From positions 26 to 64,025 of the forward strand of contig JBKCHH010000005.1 in NCBI GenBank assembly GCA_046302855.1: a stretch of 64,000 nt of DNA, in the 5' to 3' direction. Shown one piece after another: positions 9,303-18,550 of the stretch. Below the pieces are notes generated by a model. It did not search any database and was not told the origin of the DNA. It was given only the letters and a program-made list of their open reading frames with translations. The position numbers and the translations under genes were made by a program. The stretch comes from Alphaproteobacteria bacterium. Lineage in GTDB: Bacteria > Pseudomonadota > Alphaproteobacteria > Rickettsiales > UBA8987. How positions within the stretch are numbered: position 1 is the first letter of the stretch; every line of letters begins with the position of its first letter.

Positions 9303-10236
9303 AAACAAACAAATAGCCATAATTGGTGCTGGGGCTTGGGGAACGGCAATAGCCAATGTAATTTCTAACAATCTTGAGCAGGTAAAAATTTGGGCATTAG
9401 AAAAGCAGGTGGCGGATGAAATTAATCTGCATCACAAAAATAGCCTCTATTTACCAAATATTATTTTAAACAAAAAAATCATAGCATCTAATATCTTAAA
9501 AGAAATAGTTGATAATGTAGATTATATATTTTTAGTAACCCCTTCTAAATTTATAGAAAATCAGGTTATAGAGTTAAAGTCAATAATTCCACCCAAAACG
9601 CCAATAGTAATTTGTAGCAAGGGGATAGATGAAAAAACTGGCGAACTGCCCCACCAAATAATATCAAGGCACTTAAAAAATCCGCTACTGGTTTTAAGTG
9701 GACCATCTTTCGCCAAAGAGGTTGCAAATGGCATCTATACAGAAGTTTGCTTGGCGGGCAGTTCCACAAAAATTGCTACTGAAATAAAGGGCTATGTTGA
9801 GACTAAAAGTTTTAAAGTTAAGGTTACAAAAGATTTAATTGGGGCAGAAGTTGCAGGGGCGATGAAAAATGTAATAGCTGTAGCCTGCGGTATTCTAGAT
9901 GGCAAAGGTGAGGGGCAAAATACAAGGGCGGTTATGATAACCAATGGTTTACAAGAAATGGTTGCAATCACCAAAAAAATGGGTGGGGCAGAAAAAACCA
10001 TCTATAACCTTTGCGGAGTGGGTGATTTAGTTTTAACTGCAACCTCCACCACTTCTCGCAACTTTTCTTTCGGCGTGGAGCTGGGCAGAGGCGGAAAAAA
10101 ATCCATTATCGAAAAACAAAAAAAATCAGTTGCAGAAGGAGTTTTTTCTTGCTACGGCTTAATGGTATTGTGTAAAAAAATTAATTATAACTCAAAAATT
10201 TGTGAGTTTGTTTATGAATACCTTCAAAAAAATTAG
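9289..10236 (+). CDS. gpsA: NAD(P)H-dependent glycerol-3-phosphate dehydrogenase
   Basis: 315 aa. IAIIGAGAWGTAIA Rossmann motif, LSGPSFAKEV, GAMKNVIAVACG. Confidence 0.9.
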   Translation: MMKSKNKQIAIIGAGAWGTAIANVISNNLEQVKIWALEKQVADEINLHHKNSLYLPNIILNKKIIASNILKEIVDNVDYIFLVTPSKFIENQVIELKSIIPPKTPIVICSKGIDEKTGELPHQIISRHLKNPLLVLSGPSFAKEVANGIYTEVCLAGSSTKIATEIKGYVETKSFKVKVTKDLIGAEVAGAMKNVIAVACGILDGKGEGQNTRAVMITNGLQEMVAITKKMGGAEKTIYNLCGVGDLVLTATSTTSRNFSFGVELGRGGKKSIIEKQKKSVAEGVFSCYGLMVLCKKINYNSKICEFVYEYLQKN

Positions 10237-10831
10237 CCTATTTTTTTCAATATCAATTATTTTAAGTTCTTGCTTAGCCCTAGCCATTGGCGGTGGGGCA
10301 ATAGTTGCCACCAATACCATTAAAGAGAAATCTTACGGACAATCTTTAGATGATGCCACCATCAAAACAAAAATCACCACAGAGCTAGTAAATAAAATGG
10401 GTAAGTACTTCGATATTTATCTGGATGTAAATGAAGGTAATGTGCTTATAACCGGTGCGGTTATAAGTGCCGAAGATAGTGCCAATGCAGAAAATATTAT
10501 AAAAAACACGCCTAATGTGCAAAGAATTTTTAATCGCTTAGAGATAGGCAAAAGCAGAAGTATTGGGCAAAAAACTAGCGATAAGCTAACCTCCGCCAAT
10601 CTTTCCCGCAAGTTTTTGTTTGATGATTCGGTTGATTATATCAATGAGTATATAACCGTGTATAATAATAAGGTTTATATAATGGGTATTGCTAGAAGTG
10701 AGGCGGAACTGAACAAAATCATTGGCATCGCTAAGGCAGAAGACGGGGTGGAAAAGGTTGAAACCTTCGTTAGAATTGAATCTGGCTATGTAAAACCGAA
10801 GGTGAATAATAAGGTAAATAAGGGTGAGTAG
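10214..10831 (+). CDS. BON-domain lipoprotein (OsmY-like)
   Basis: ATG at 10214, lipobox ILSSC, two BON-like segments (DDATIKTKI...NVLITGAV; KVYIMGIARSEAE). Confidence 0.65.
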   Translation: MNTFKKISLFFSISIILSSCLALAIGGGAIVATNTIKEKSYGQSLDDATIKTKITTELVNKMGKYFDIYLDVNEGNVLITGAVISAEDSANAENIIKNTPNVQRIFNRLEIGKSRSIGQKTSDKLTSANLSRKFLFDDSVDYINEYITVYNNKVYIMGIARSEAELNKIIGIAKAEDGVEKVETFVRIESGYVKPKVNNKVNKGE

Positions 10832-10842
10832 CTGTAGTTCTT

Positions 10843-11331
10843 ATGACCATAATTCTTGGAATAGATCCGGGGCTAAATAATACTGGGCTTGGGCTAATTG
10901 ATTTTGATGGCAATAAACTTGCCTTTATAGCCAGCCAAACCATTATCAATAAACATTCCCTTTCCACTAGCGAAAAGCTAAAAAATTTAAATGAGCAACT
11001 AAATTTGTTCATAAGTAAGCACGCAACTAATGAGGTAGCGATTGAAGAAACATTTGTGAATGTAAACCCGCTTACCTCCTTAAGCCTAGGGCAGGCAAGG
11101 GGGGCAATAATATTAACTATCGTGTTAAATAATTTGCCTATTTTTGAATATTCCTCTACTAAGATAAAAAAATCGGTAACCTCTTCTGGGCGGGCATCTA
11201 AAGAGCAAATTTCTTCTATGATAAAATTTTTTCTCCCAAAGGCAGTTTTTGATTCTGAACATTCAGCTGATGCCTTAGCTGTAGCCATTTGCCACGCTAA
11301 TAACTCTAATTTAAGAAAATATGTTCGCTAA
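10843..11331 (+). CDS. ruvC: Holliday junction resolvase RuvC
   Basis: 162 aa. ILGIDPGLNNTGLG, AIEETFVN, and DSEHSADALAVAICH catalytic acidic residues. Confidence 0.9.
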   Translation: MTIILGIDPGLNNTGLGLIDFDGNKLAFIASQTIINKHSLSTSEKLKNLNEQLNLFISKHATNEVAIEETFVNVNPLTSLSLGQARGAIILTIVLNNLPIFEYSSTKIKKSVTSSGRASKEQISSMIKFFLPKAVFDSEHSADALAVAICHANNSNLRKYVR

Positions 11332-11935
11332 ACTAAACGGCATTGTAGATAGTGTAAAAGATAATGAGCTTATAATAGATGTAAATGGCGTGGGCTATGT
11401 GCTTTCCTGCTCTATTCTAACCAGTTCAAAGTTGGAGCTTGGCAAGCCAGCCAAGGTTTTTGTTCATACGCAGGTTAAGGAAGATGCTATTGATTTATTT
11501 GCCTTTTTTCAAGAGGAAGAAAAGGAGTGGTTTTTGCTTCTAAACCAAGTAAATGGCGTTAGTGGCAAAACGGCAATCAATATACTTTCGCAAATTTCTT
11601 TGAGCGAAATTGCCTATTCCATTCAAAATGAAGACAAAAAAATACTGCAAAAAATTTCTGGTATTGGCGAAAAGCTGGCCGCCAGAATTATTCTGGAGCT
11701 AAAAAATAATAAAAAAGTTAAGCTACTACTGGGTAGTATGGGGGCAGAAAGGGTTGATGGCGGCAAGCTAGCTTCTAACCTAAATTTACAAGAGGTTGAA
11801 GTGGCATTAGTATCTTTAGGCTACAAGAAATATGATATAAATCAAGTGCTTAACAATTTAAGTAAAGAGGTAGCAGATTTTAATAAAATCCCCACTTCGC
11901 AACTAATACGCCTTGCCTTGCAGAGGTTGAGGTAG
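11321..11935 (+). CDS. ruvA: Holliday junction DNA helicase subunit RuvA
   Basis: 204 aa. GVGYVLSCS, LFAFFQEEEKEWFLLL, HhH-like ISGIGEKLAARIILELK. Overlaps ruvC by 11 nt. No ruvB follows. Confidence 0.9.
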   Translation: MFAKLNGIVDSVKDNELIIDVNGVGYVLSCSILTSSKLELGKPAKVFVHTQVKEDAIDLFAFFQEEEKEWFLLLNQVNGVSGKTAINILSQISLSEIAYSIQNEDKKILQKISGIGEKLAARIILELKNNKKVKLLLGSMGAERVDGGKLASNLNLQEVEVALVSLGYKKYDINQVLNNLSKEVADFNKIPTSQLIRLALQRLR

Positions 11936-11936
11936 G

Positions 11937-12365
11937 TTAAAACTCCGCAATCGCGTGCAGGGCAGAGGTATAAGATGAAATTCCAAGCCCACAAATTACA
12001 CCATTTGCCGCGCGGGATATATAAGAAACCTGCCTAAAGTCTTCTCTTTTAAAAATGTTAGAAATGTGAACCTCAATAATTGGTTTTTTAAAGCTAAGTA
12101 AAGCGTCCATAATTGCAATTGAGGTGTGGGTGTAGGCCCCTCCATTAATTATAATTCCATCAATTTTGCCAATAGAATCTTGAATCTTATCTATAATGCC
12201 ACCTTCACTGTTAGATTGAAAGAAATCAACCTTAAGCCCCAGCTCTTTTCCAACCGATTTGCATTTTTTCTCGATACTTTCTAAAGTAATTGAGCCGTAA
12301 ATTTCTTTTTCTCTAATATCTAACTTATTTAAGTTAGGGCCGTTGATAATTAGTATGTTTTTCAT
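11937..12365 (-). CDS. aroQ: type II 3-dehydroquinate dehydratase
   Basis: 142 aa. ILIINGPNLNKL...REKEIYG, NGGAYTHTSIA, EVHISNI. Confidence 0.9.
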   Translation of the reverse strand: MKNILIINGPNLNKLDIREKEIYGSITLESIEKKCKSVGKELGLKVDFFQSNSEGGIIDKIQDSIGKIDGIIINGGAYTHTSIAIMDALLSFKKPIIEVHISNIFKREDFRQVSYISRAANGVICGLGISSYTSALHAIAEF

Positions 12366-12411
12366 ATAATAGTTCTAAAGTGGGAAGAATTATTACACCA
12401 AAAAATTGTAA

Positions 12412-13815
12412 ATGTCAAAAAAAGGGATAATATTATTTAGAAATGACCTTAGGCTGTTTGATAATCCAGCTATTTTTCATGCCGTGAATGAAAATAGCAG
12501 GGTTGTATTTTTATATATTTTAGATGAAGATTCAGAAAATAAGTGGCAGATGGGTTCTGCCCAAAAGTGGTGGTTGCATAATTCTTTAAAGGCACTGGAT
12601 GAATCTTTAAAACAATATGGGCAAAGGCTAATACTAAAAAAAGGCAATACTGAAAAAATATTAAGAGAGTTAAAAGATGATGATACAACCATCTATTGGA
12701 ACAGGGTTTATGAGCCTTATTTTATTAGTAGAGACAACTACTTAAAAGAAACACTCGAAAGCAAATCTTATAATGCTAGCCTTTTATATGAACCTTTTGA
12801 AATAAAAAACGGTAGTGGCGAATATTACAAGGTCTTTACCCATTTTTGGAAGGCGTGCCTTGCTTTAAACAAAAAGTTTTTCACTTATAAGATTCCACCA
12901 ATTCCATCTCTACAAGAAAATATAAAATCAGATAGGCTGGAGGATTTTAATCTTCTACCAAAACGCAATTGGGCTGATGGCTTTGGCGACATTTGGGTGG
13001 CGGGTGAAAATGGGGCAATAAAAAAGTTTGATAGGTTTATTGAATTTGGGCTAAATAACTATGATGGCGGAAGAGATTTGCCTGCTAAAAACTTTGTCTC
13101 CAACCTTTCCCCTCATCTGCATTTTGGCGAAATTTCGCTTAAGTATATGCTGGAAAAGTTGCAAGCCCTTCCCCCAAGCAACCACATTACCAAATACATT
13201 GCTGAGCTTGGTTGGCGAGAATTTTCGTATCACCTGCTTTATAACTTTCCACAACTTCCAGAGCAGAATTTTAGAAAGGAATTTGATAAGTTCCCTTGGG
13301 TTAGCGATGCTAATTTGCTAAAAAAATGGCAAAGGGGTGAAACTGGCTACCCCATAGTAGATGCAGGCATGAAGGAGTTGTGGCTTACTGGCACTATGCA
13401 TAATAGGGTGCGGATGATTACCGCCTCTTTCCTAATAAAAGATTTGCTGATTGATTGGAGGGAGGGGGCAAGGTGGTTTTGGGATTGTTTGCTGGATGCA
13501 GATTTGGCTAGCAATTCCGCCTCTTGGCAGTGGGTGGCAGGCAGTGGAGCAGATTCCGCGCCATATTTTCGCATTTTTAACCCCGTGCTACAGGGTGAAA
13601 AAAATGATAGTGATGGCGAATATGTAAAAAAATTCTTACCAGTTTTGGCAAATATTCCTAAAGAATTTATCCACAAACCTTGGGAAATAGGCGAGACAAG
13701 GCTAAAACAATGCGGTGTTATTTTGGGAGAAAATTATCCCCACAGAATAGTTCTGCATCAGCAGGCAAAGGATAGGGCAATGGCTGGGTATAAGGGGATG
13801 AGGGGTTTGCCATGA
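12412..13815 (+). CDS. phrB: deoxyribodipyrimidine photolyase / cryptochrome family protein
   Basis: 467 aa. LSPHLHFGEIS, GYPIVDAGMKELWLTGTMHNRVRM, DADLASNSASWQW. Confidence 0.85.
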   Translation: MSKKGIILFRNDLRLFDNPAIFHAVNENSRVVFLYILDEDSENKWQMGSAQKWWLHNSLKALDESLKQYGQRLILKKGNTEKILRELKDDDTTIYWNRVYEPYFISRDNYLKETLESKSYNASLLYEPFEIKNGSGEYYKVFTHFWKACLALNKKFFTYKIPPIPSLQENIKSDRLEDFNLLPKRNWADGFGDIWVAGENGAIKKFDRFIEFGLNNYDGGRDLPAKNFVSNLSPHLHFGEISLKYMLEKLQALPPSNHITKYIAELGWREFSYHLLYNFPQLPEQNFRKEFDKFPWVSDANLLKKWQRGETGYPIVDAGMKELWLTGTMHNRVRMITASFLIKDLLIDWREGARWFWDCLLDADLASNSASWQWVAGSGADSAPYFRIFNPVLQGEKNDSDGEYVKKFLPVLANIPKEFIHKPWEIGETRLKQCGVILGENYPHRIVLHQQAKDRAMAGYKGMRGLP

Positions 13816-13950
13816 TTTTTACGCTACTAAAATTTATTCCTTTAAAAATAATTATATGGTGATAGTAATAAATCTTATGTTGAAATTAATTTTTTATATT
13901 ATAAAAGCGAAAACTATTTAAAAACTGAACTTAACTAAAAGGTAATAAAA

Positions 13951-14184
13951 ATGAGCGATATAGAATCTAAAGTTAAAAAAATTGTTGCTGAACACTTAGA
14001 TACAGACGAAGATAATGTTCGCATTGATTCTAATTTTGTGGACGATTTAGGTGCCGATTCTCTAGATCAAGTAGAGCTAGTAATGGCTTTTGAAGAAGAA
14101 TTCGATATTGAAATTCCAGATGATGCCTCCGAAAAAATTCTTACAGTGGGTGATGCTGTAAGGTATATAGAAGCTAATTCTTAA
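13951..14184 (+). CDS. acpP: acyl carrier protein
   Basis: 77 aa. [20 protein letters not shown] phosphopantetheine site. Confidence 0.95.
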   Translation: MSDIESKVKKIVAEHLDTDEDNVRIDSNFVDDLGADSLDQVELVMAFEEEFDIEIPDDASEKILTVGDAVRYIEANS

Positions 14185-14195
14185 ACTAACCATAA

Positions 14196-15464
14196 ATGGT
14201 TCATCAATTAAGAAGAGTAGTAGTAACCGGTATTGGGCTTGTTACCCCCTTAGCTTGTGGGGTTGAACATACTTGGAAAAAGCTAATTGCTGGCGAAAGT
14301 GGGGTGGGGAAAATTACCCGTTTTGATGCCTCTAATATCTCTGCTCAAATAGCGGGGGAAGTGCCTTTTGGTGAAGAAGACTGGCAGTTTAATCCGGAAA
14401 GAGCCTTTTCTAAAAAAGATATCAAAAAAAATGACCTCTTCATTCAGTTTGCCATGCATGCTAGTGATGAGGCGATTAAAGATTCTGGCTGGTTGCCAGA
14501 AAAGGAAGAAGATTTCAAAAGAACCGGCGTTTTAATTGGGGCTGGTATTGGTGGCTTACCCGCCATTGAAGAATGTTCGCTAATTATGGAGAGGGATGGC
14601 TACCGCAGGGTTAGCCCATTTTTTATCCCTTCTGCCTTAATAAATTTAAGTTCAGGGCAGGTTTCTATAAAATATGGCTATAGAGGCCCTAACCACTCAG
14701 TAGTTACCGCCTGTGCCACAGGCGCACACGCTATTGGTGATGCTGCCAGATTAATTCAATTTGGTGATGCCGATGTTATGATTGCAGGTTCAAGCGAAGC
14801 AACCATTTGCCCAGCTGGCATAGGCGGTTTTGCGGCCGCTAGAGCCCTTTCTACAAAATATAATGATACTCCACAAAAGGCATCTAGACCTTGGGATGAT
14901 GCCAGAGACGGCTTCGTAATGGGCGAAGGGGCTGGAATTGTGGTATTAGAAGAATATGAACATGCCAAAAAAAGAAATGCCAAAATATATGGCGAAGTGG
15001 TTGGCTATGGCTTATCTGGCGATGGTTATCATGTAACTGCTCCACACCCTGAAGGTAGGGGTGGGTATGATGCTATGTTTAACGCTATGAAACGCTCTGG
15101 GCTAAATACTTCCGATGTAGATTACATCAACGCCCACGGCACCTCTACGCCACTTGGTGATATTATAGAGCTAAATGCGGTAAAAAAACTATTTGGTGCT
15201 AGTTCTTACGATTTGGCAATGTCTTCCACTAAATCTGCCATTGCACACCTGCTAGGTGGGGCTGGTAGCGTGGAGGCAATCTTTTCAATTCTTGCCATGC
15301 GGGATGGTATAATTCCACCCACCTTGAATTTAGATAACCCATCTGAGGGTTGCGATTTAAACCTTGTTCCCCATAAGGCGCAGGAAAAAAAGGTAAAGGT
15401 GGCAATGTCTAACTCCTTTGGCTTTGGTGGCACTAATGTGAGTTTGGTATTTAAGAAGGTTTAG
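14196..15464 (+). CDS. fabF: 3-oxoacyl-ACP synthase II
   Basis: 422 aa. VVTACATGAHAIGDA (active Cys), INAHGTSTPLGD, NSFGFGGTN. Confidence 0.95.
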   Translation: MVHQLRRVVVTGIGLVTPLACGVEHTWKKLIAGESGVGKITRFDASNISAQIAGEVPFGEEDWQFNPERAFSKKDIKKNDLFIQFAMHASDEAIKDSGWLPEKEEDFKRTGVLIGAGIGGLPAIEECSLIMERDGYRRVSPFFIPSALINLSSGQVSIKYGYRGPNHSVVTACATGAHAIGDAARLIQFGDADVMIAGSSEATICPAGIGGFAAARALSTKYNDTPQKASRPWDDARDGFVMGEGAGIVVLEEYEHAKKRNAKIYGEVVGYGLSGDGYHVTAPHPEGRGGYDAMFNAMKRSGLNTSDVDYINAHGTSTPLGDIIELNAVKKLFGASSYDLAMSSTKSAIAHLLGGAGSVEAIFSILAMRDGIIPPTLNLDNPSEGCDLNLVPHKAQEKKVKVAMSNSFGFGGTNVSLVFKKV

Positions 15465-15488
15465 AGTGGTTTTTGTGGGGGAAGAAAA

Positions 15489-15513
15489 GTGGGCCCCTTG
15501 TAAGGGGACCCAC
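15489..15513 (-). terminator. Rho-independent terminator of unit A
   Basis: On the minus strand, gtgggtcccc-ttacaa-ggggcccac is followed by ttttctt. Confidence 0.65.
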
Positions 15514-15536
15514 GGTTAGTTCTTCGGTCAGTCGCC

Positions 15537-15779
15537 CTAAAAATTAGGGTTGTTATTGTAGCAGGACGTTAATGAGAAGGTGCGCCTGCCTCCGAAGAGG
15601 GCGGTGTGTAAATTACTTCGGAAAGCTAACATAGCCTTCTTTATAATTTCGTGTTTCTGCTCATCGGGAAAGCTACCGATTGGGTCAATACGCCCATTGA
15701 CGACCACTTCGGTGACATACCAATTTCCATCACTCACATTCCGACTTATCTCAAGGGTGACTTTAACTTTTTCGTGCAT
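15537..15779 (-). CDS. hypothetical 80 aa protein inside unit A (coding status uncertain)
   Basis: AAGGAG lies 9 nt upstream of the ATG. The N-terminal 55 aa look protein-like (KVKVTLEISRNVSDGNWYVTEVVVNGRIDPIGSFPDEQKHEIIKKAML). The C-terminal third runs through stem-loop sequence. No family recognised. Confidence 0.35.
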   Translation of the reverse strand: MHEKVKVTLEISRNVSDGNWYVTEVVVNGRIDPIGSFPDEQKHEIIKKAMLAFRSNLHTALFGGRRTFSLTSCYNNNPNF

Positions 15780-15845
15780 GATGCTGTTCTCCTTAGCTAG
15801 TGGAAGGAATTAATCAAAAGGGACACCTGCCTCCGAAGGTGTAAA

Positions 15846-15950
15846 AATGGAACAATAGCAGTTTAACAGAGAGAGAGAGATAGAGTTTTCAATATAAAAT
15901 ATTGATTTCAGATAAGATTTTTTTGAAGTTTTAACCAAATTTTAACACTC
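15846..15950 (-). promoter_or_regulatory. conserved upstream module, copy A (paralogous to 45269..45365)
   Basis: Aligns with copy B. TTAA-N7-TTAAC (15931..15946), TTGAAA (15887..15892), (GA)n tract 15868..15880, TGCTATTGT extended -10-like (15852..15860). Confidence 0.5.
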
Positions 15951-15953
15951 TCT

Positions 15954-16084
15954 GTCATTGCGAGCGAGAGCTTTGCTTAGAAAGCGTGGCAATCCACAAA
16001 AATGGTTTTTCTTGAAAAAAACGACTGAAATCTAAGCTCTGCCTTGTTTATGGATTGCCTTGTCGCTTCGCTCCTCGCAATGAC
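15954..16084. repeat. palindromic MITE/RPE-like element, type A (inverted relative to 17539 copy)
   Basis: gtcattgcgagcgag...cctcgcaatgac termini. The core is the reverse complement of the 17539..17667 copy. Confidence 0.85.
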
Positions 16085-16140
16085 GACAAAAATAATAACG
16101 CCTAAAACTTTATAAAAAATTAATAATGCAGTAGTCTTTA

Positions 16141-16258
16141 ATTGCTATTGAATCGAAGTAAAAAACAATCCATAAACAAGATAGAACTTGGGCGTAAGGT
16201 ATTTTTTCAAGAAAAAACATTGTTGTGGATTGCTTCACCAAAAATGGCTCGCAATAAC
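16141..16258. repeat. degenerate type A palindromic element
   Basis: attgctattgaatcgaag...caatccataaacaagatagaacttgg...tgtggattgcttc...ctcgcaataac. Decayed termini. Confidence 0.6.
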
Positions 16259-16274
16259 CTGATAATAGCAGCTA

Positions 16275-17015
16275 TTAATCCTCATCTCCTTCAGAATCAT
16301 CATCTTCGCTATCTTCGTCTGATTTCTTTTTGGATTTTTTATCGCCATCTTTACAGGCAACTTGCAACCCATTATTTTCAGTTGGGCAGTTAGAAACCTT
16401 TAGTTCTTTTTTAGCTTCAACAGGAGCCGGTTTTGCTATAGAAGACTTGATTATAGCAGGGGTTAGCTTTTTGCTCTCACCAGTAAAGCCTTTGAAGAAC
16501 TTTTCAGTTGTTTTAACATTGCTTTTTACCCTTATGTTTAAACTACCATTATCTTCTTTATTGCTAAAGGCGTGAACGAACATATCTTTAGTTTTGTAAT
16601 CTTCTGGTTTCCAATCTAGCACAATATCGCCAAAATAGTTCACTTGACCCTTTTTAGCAACAAAGCTGTAGCCTTCTATGGTTTTGTTTCTTTCTAAGTG
16701 TTTAATAGAATAGCCCTTGCCAGCTAAATTACAGTGAATTTTAGTGAAATCCACATTGCCAGCCGGAGATTCTATAATCACATAATTATTTTTGGTTTTA
16801 TAAACATTTACTTCGCCAGCGGTGCTAGTAAAGGTATAGTCGCAACCGTTTTTGAATTCAGTTCCGTTAGATGTAAAATCTTTAAAGTTAGTAGTTATTT
16901 TTCCAACTGAAACCACTTTGTTTTTTGGTGTTTGTGATAAATTGTATTTATCAATTTTAGAGCTAGAGCAGGCAGTGAATAAAAATAGAGATAAAACCAA
17001 TATTAAAAAACGCAT
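16275..17015 (-). CDS. hypothetical lipoprotein with acidic C-terminal tail
   Basis: 246 aa. Signal plus lipobox LFLFTACSS. C-terminus KKSKKKSDEDSEDDDSEGDED. Confidence 0.6.
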   Translation of the reverse strand: MRFLILVLSLFLFTACSSSKIDKYNLSQTPKNKVVSVGKITTNFKDFTSNGTEFKNGCDYTFTSTAGEVNVYKTKNNYVIIESPAGNVDFTKIHCNLAGKGYSIKHLERNKTIEGYSFVAKKGQVNYFGDIVLDWKPEDYKTKDMFVHAFSNKEDNGSLNIRVKSNVKTTEKFFKGFTGESKKLTPAIIKSSIAKPAPVEAKKELKVSNCPTENNGLQVACKDGDKKSKKKSDEDSEDDDSEGDED

Positions 17016-17095
17016 AAATTTTTCCTAAAGTAAGTTGTTAATTGTATTGCCTAATAAGCCTTTTGTTTGTAATTGCAAGCACTAAAGCTATTGAT

Positions 17096-17527
17096 ATGAA
17101 AAATAAAAACATAGTGTTGGCAGGTTTGGGGAGCTTTTTGGCTCTGTTAATTCTTGGGTTTTTAAATGATATAAGTTTGCACCCTTTACTGGTTGCATCT
17201 TTTGGTGCATCGGCAGTTTTGCTATTTGTAGTGCCAGATGCCCCCTTTTCGCAACCAAAGAATGTAATTTTTGGGCATCTTATCTGTGCTGCCATTGGGC
17301 TAATATTTGTGGAGATTCCTTTTAACCCCATTTTTATGCAGGCATTGGCTCTTGGCGTTGCTATTATGCTGATGATGGCTTTTAAGGTGGTTCACCCAGC
17401 CTCTGGTAGCTTGCCTATTATAATTTTCCACACCCACCCAACACCCTTGTTTATTCTATTCCCTGTTTTTAGCGGAACTATTATTTTGGTAGCTACGGCT
17501 TATATTTATAATAAGGTTAGAAAATAA
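17096..17527 (+). CDS. HPP-family membrane protein
   Basis: ATG at 17096. Four hydrophobic spans. VVHPASGSLPII resembles the HPP motif. Confidence 0.55.
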   Translation: MKNKNIVLAGLGSFLALLILGFLNDISLHPLLVASFGASAVLLFVVPDAPFSQPKNVIFGHLICAAIGLIFVEIPFNPIFMQALALGVAIMLMMAFKVVHPASGSLPIIIFHTHPTPLFILFPVFSGTIILVATAYIYNKVRK

Positions 17528-17538
17528 TAAAAAAAGCC

Positions 17539-17667
17539 GTCATTGCGAGGAGCGAAGCGACAAAGCAATCCACAAACAAGGCAGAGCTTGGATTTCAGAT
17601 GCTTTTTGCAAGAAAAACCTTTGTTGTGGATTGCCACACTTCGAGCAAAGCTCTCGCTCGCAATGAC
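17539..17667. repeat. palindromic MITE/RPE-like element, type A (best-preserved copy)
   Basis: gtcattgcgaggagcgaagcgacaaagcaatccacaaacaaggcagagcttgg...ttgttgtggattgccacacttcgagcaaagctctcgctcgcaatgac. Lies in the convergent gap between the HPP gene and frr. Confidence 0.9.
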
Positions 17668-17690
17668 CTCCGTCGAATTAACAAATAATC

Positions 17691-18248
17691 CTAAAAACTT
17701 AAAATATCCTTTTCCTTATCATGGAAAAGTTTTTCAAGCTCGGCTATATATTTATCGGTAAGTTTTTGCACTTGGTCAGAGCCTCTACGAAGATCATCTT
17801 CAGTTATTTCATCTTCCTTTTCTTGTTTTTTGAAAAAATCAATAGAATCCCGCCTAATGTTGCGAATAGCAATCCTAGATTCCTCTAAAAACTTAGAGGC
17901 AATTTTTACTAGCTCTTTTCTTCTCTCGCCACTTAGTTCTGGCATTGGTAGGCGAATTAAAGTGCCATCTACCACTGGGTTGATGCCAATTTGTGAATCT
18001 ATAATTGCCTTTTCAACCGCCTTTATATTTGCCTTATCCCACACCTGCAAAGAAATCATTCTTGCTTCTGGCACAGAAATGGTTGCAACATTGCTAAGTG
18101 GAGCTGGGCTACCATAAACCTCAACCCTAATATTATCAACTAGGCTAGCAGATGCCCTGCCGGTTCTAAGCCCAGATAACTTTTGCTTAAAAAAAGCAAC
18201 TGCTTTTTGCATTTTTTCTTCTGTTTCTTTAAGGCTATGGATTGTCAT
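17691..18248 (-). CDS. frr: ribosome recycling factor
   Basis: 185 aa. LSGLRTGRASASLVDNIRVEVYGS, IRNIRRD. Confidence 0.95.
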   Translation of the reverse strand: MTIHSLKETEEKMQKAVAFFKQKLSGLRTGRASASLVDNIRVEVYGSPAPLSNVATISVPEARMISLQVWDKANIKAVEKAIIDSQIGINPVVDGTLIRLPMPELSGERRKELVKIASKFLEESRIAIRNIRRDSIDFFKKQEKEDEITEDDLRRGSDQVQKLTDKYIAELEKLFHDKEKDILSF

Positions 18249-18260
18249 AAGACTTGCCCC

Positions 18261-18452
18261 TTATTCAACGATGAAAGCGGCTGGCTCTTCAAATATTTTT
18301 CTGCCATTATAATAGCCATCTGGCGAAATTTGATGCGGGCGAGAAAGCTCCCCCGAAGTAGCGTTTTCAACCAAATTCACTGCCTTTAAAGCATCGTGAG
18401 ATCTTCTCATGTTGCGACAAGATTTAGACTTTTTCTTTTTTGGAACTGCCAT
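18261..18452 (-). CDS. rpmF: 50S ribosomal protein L32
   Basis: 63 aa. [22 protein letters not shown]. Confidence 0.9.
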   Translation of the reverse strand: MAVPKKKKSKSCRNMRRSHDALKAVNLVENATSGELSRPHQISPDGYYNGRKIFEEPAAFIVE

Positions 18453-18550
18453 AAAATTTAAGGGTTAAATTAATATTTTTTTGTTGATATTTTAGTTAAA
18501 GTGTGTGTCTCTATACATTATAATAAACAAAATTCTACTATTTTTTTACT

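Larger units (their letters stand above)
15485..15845 (-). other. G+C-rich transcription unit A (small gene and/or structured RNA) with its own promoter module and terminator
   Basis: G+C well above flanks. Bounded by an extended -10-like TGCTATTGT (15852..15860, minus) and a terminator hairpin (15489..15513). CCUC-UUCG-GAGG tetraloop hairpin. The 13-mer cttcggaggcagg occurs twice on the minus strand. Confidence 0.5.

Noticed and set aside
17543-17761. ORFs running through palindromic elements (17543..17761, 16142..16393, 23549..23830, 56877..57077, 50098..50328, 42627..42944)
   Set aside because: Their reading frames are created by the repeat sequence itself. The same peptide-like strings recur wherever the element occurs, in either orientation, and no independent coding signal is present.
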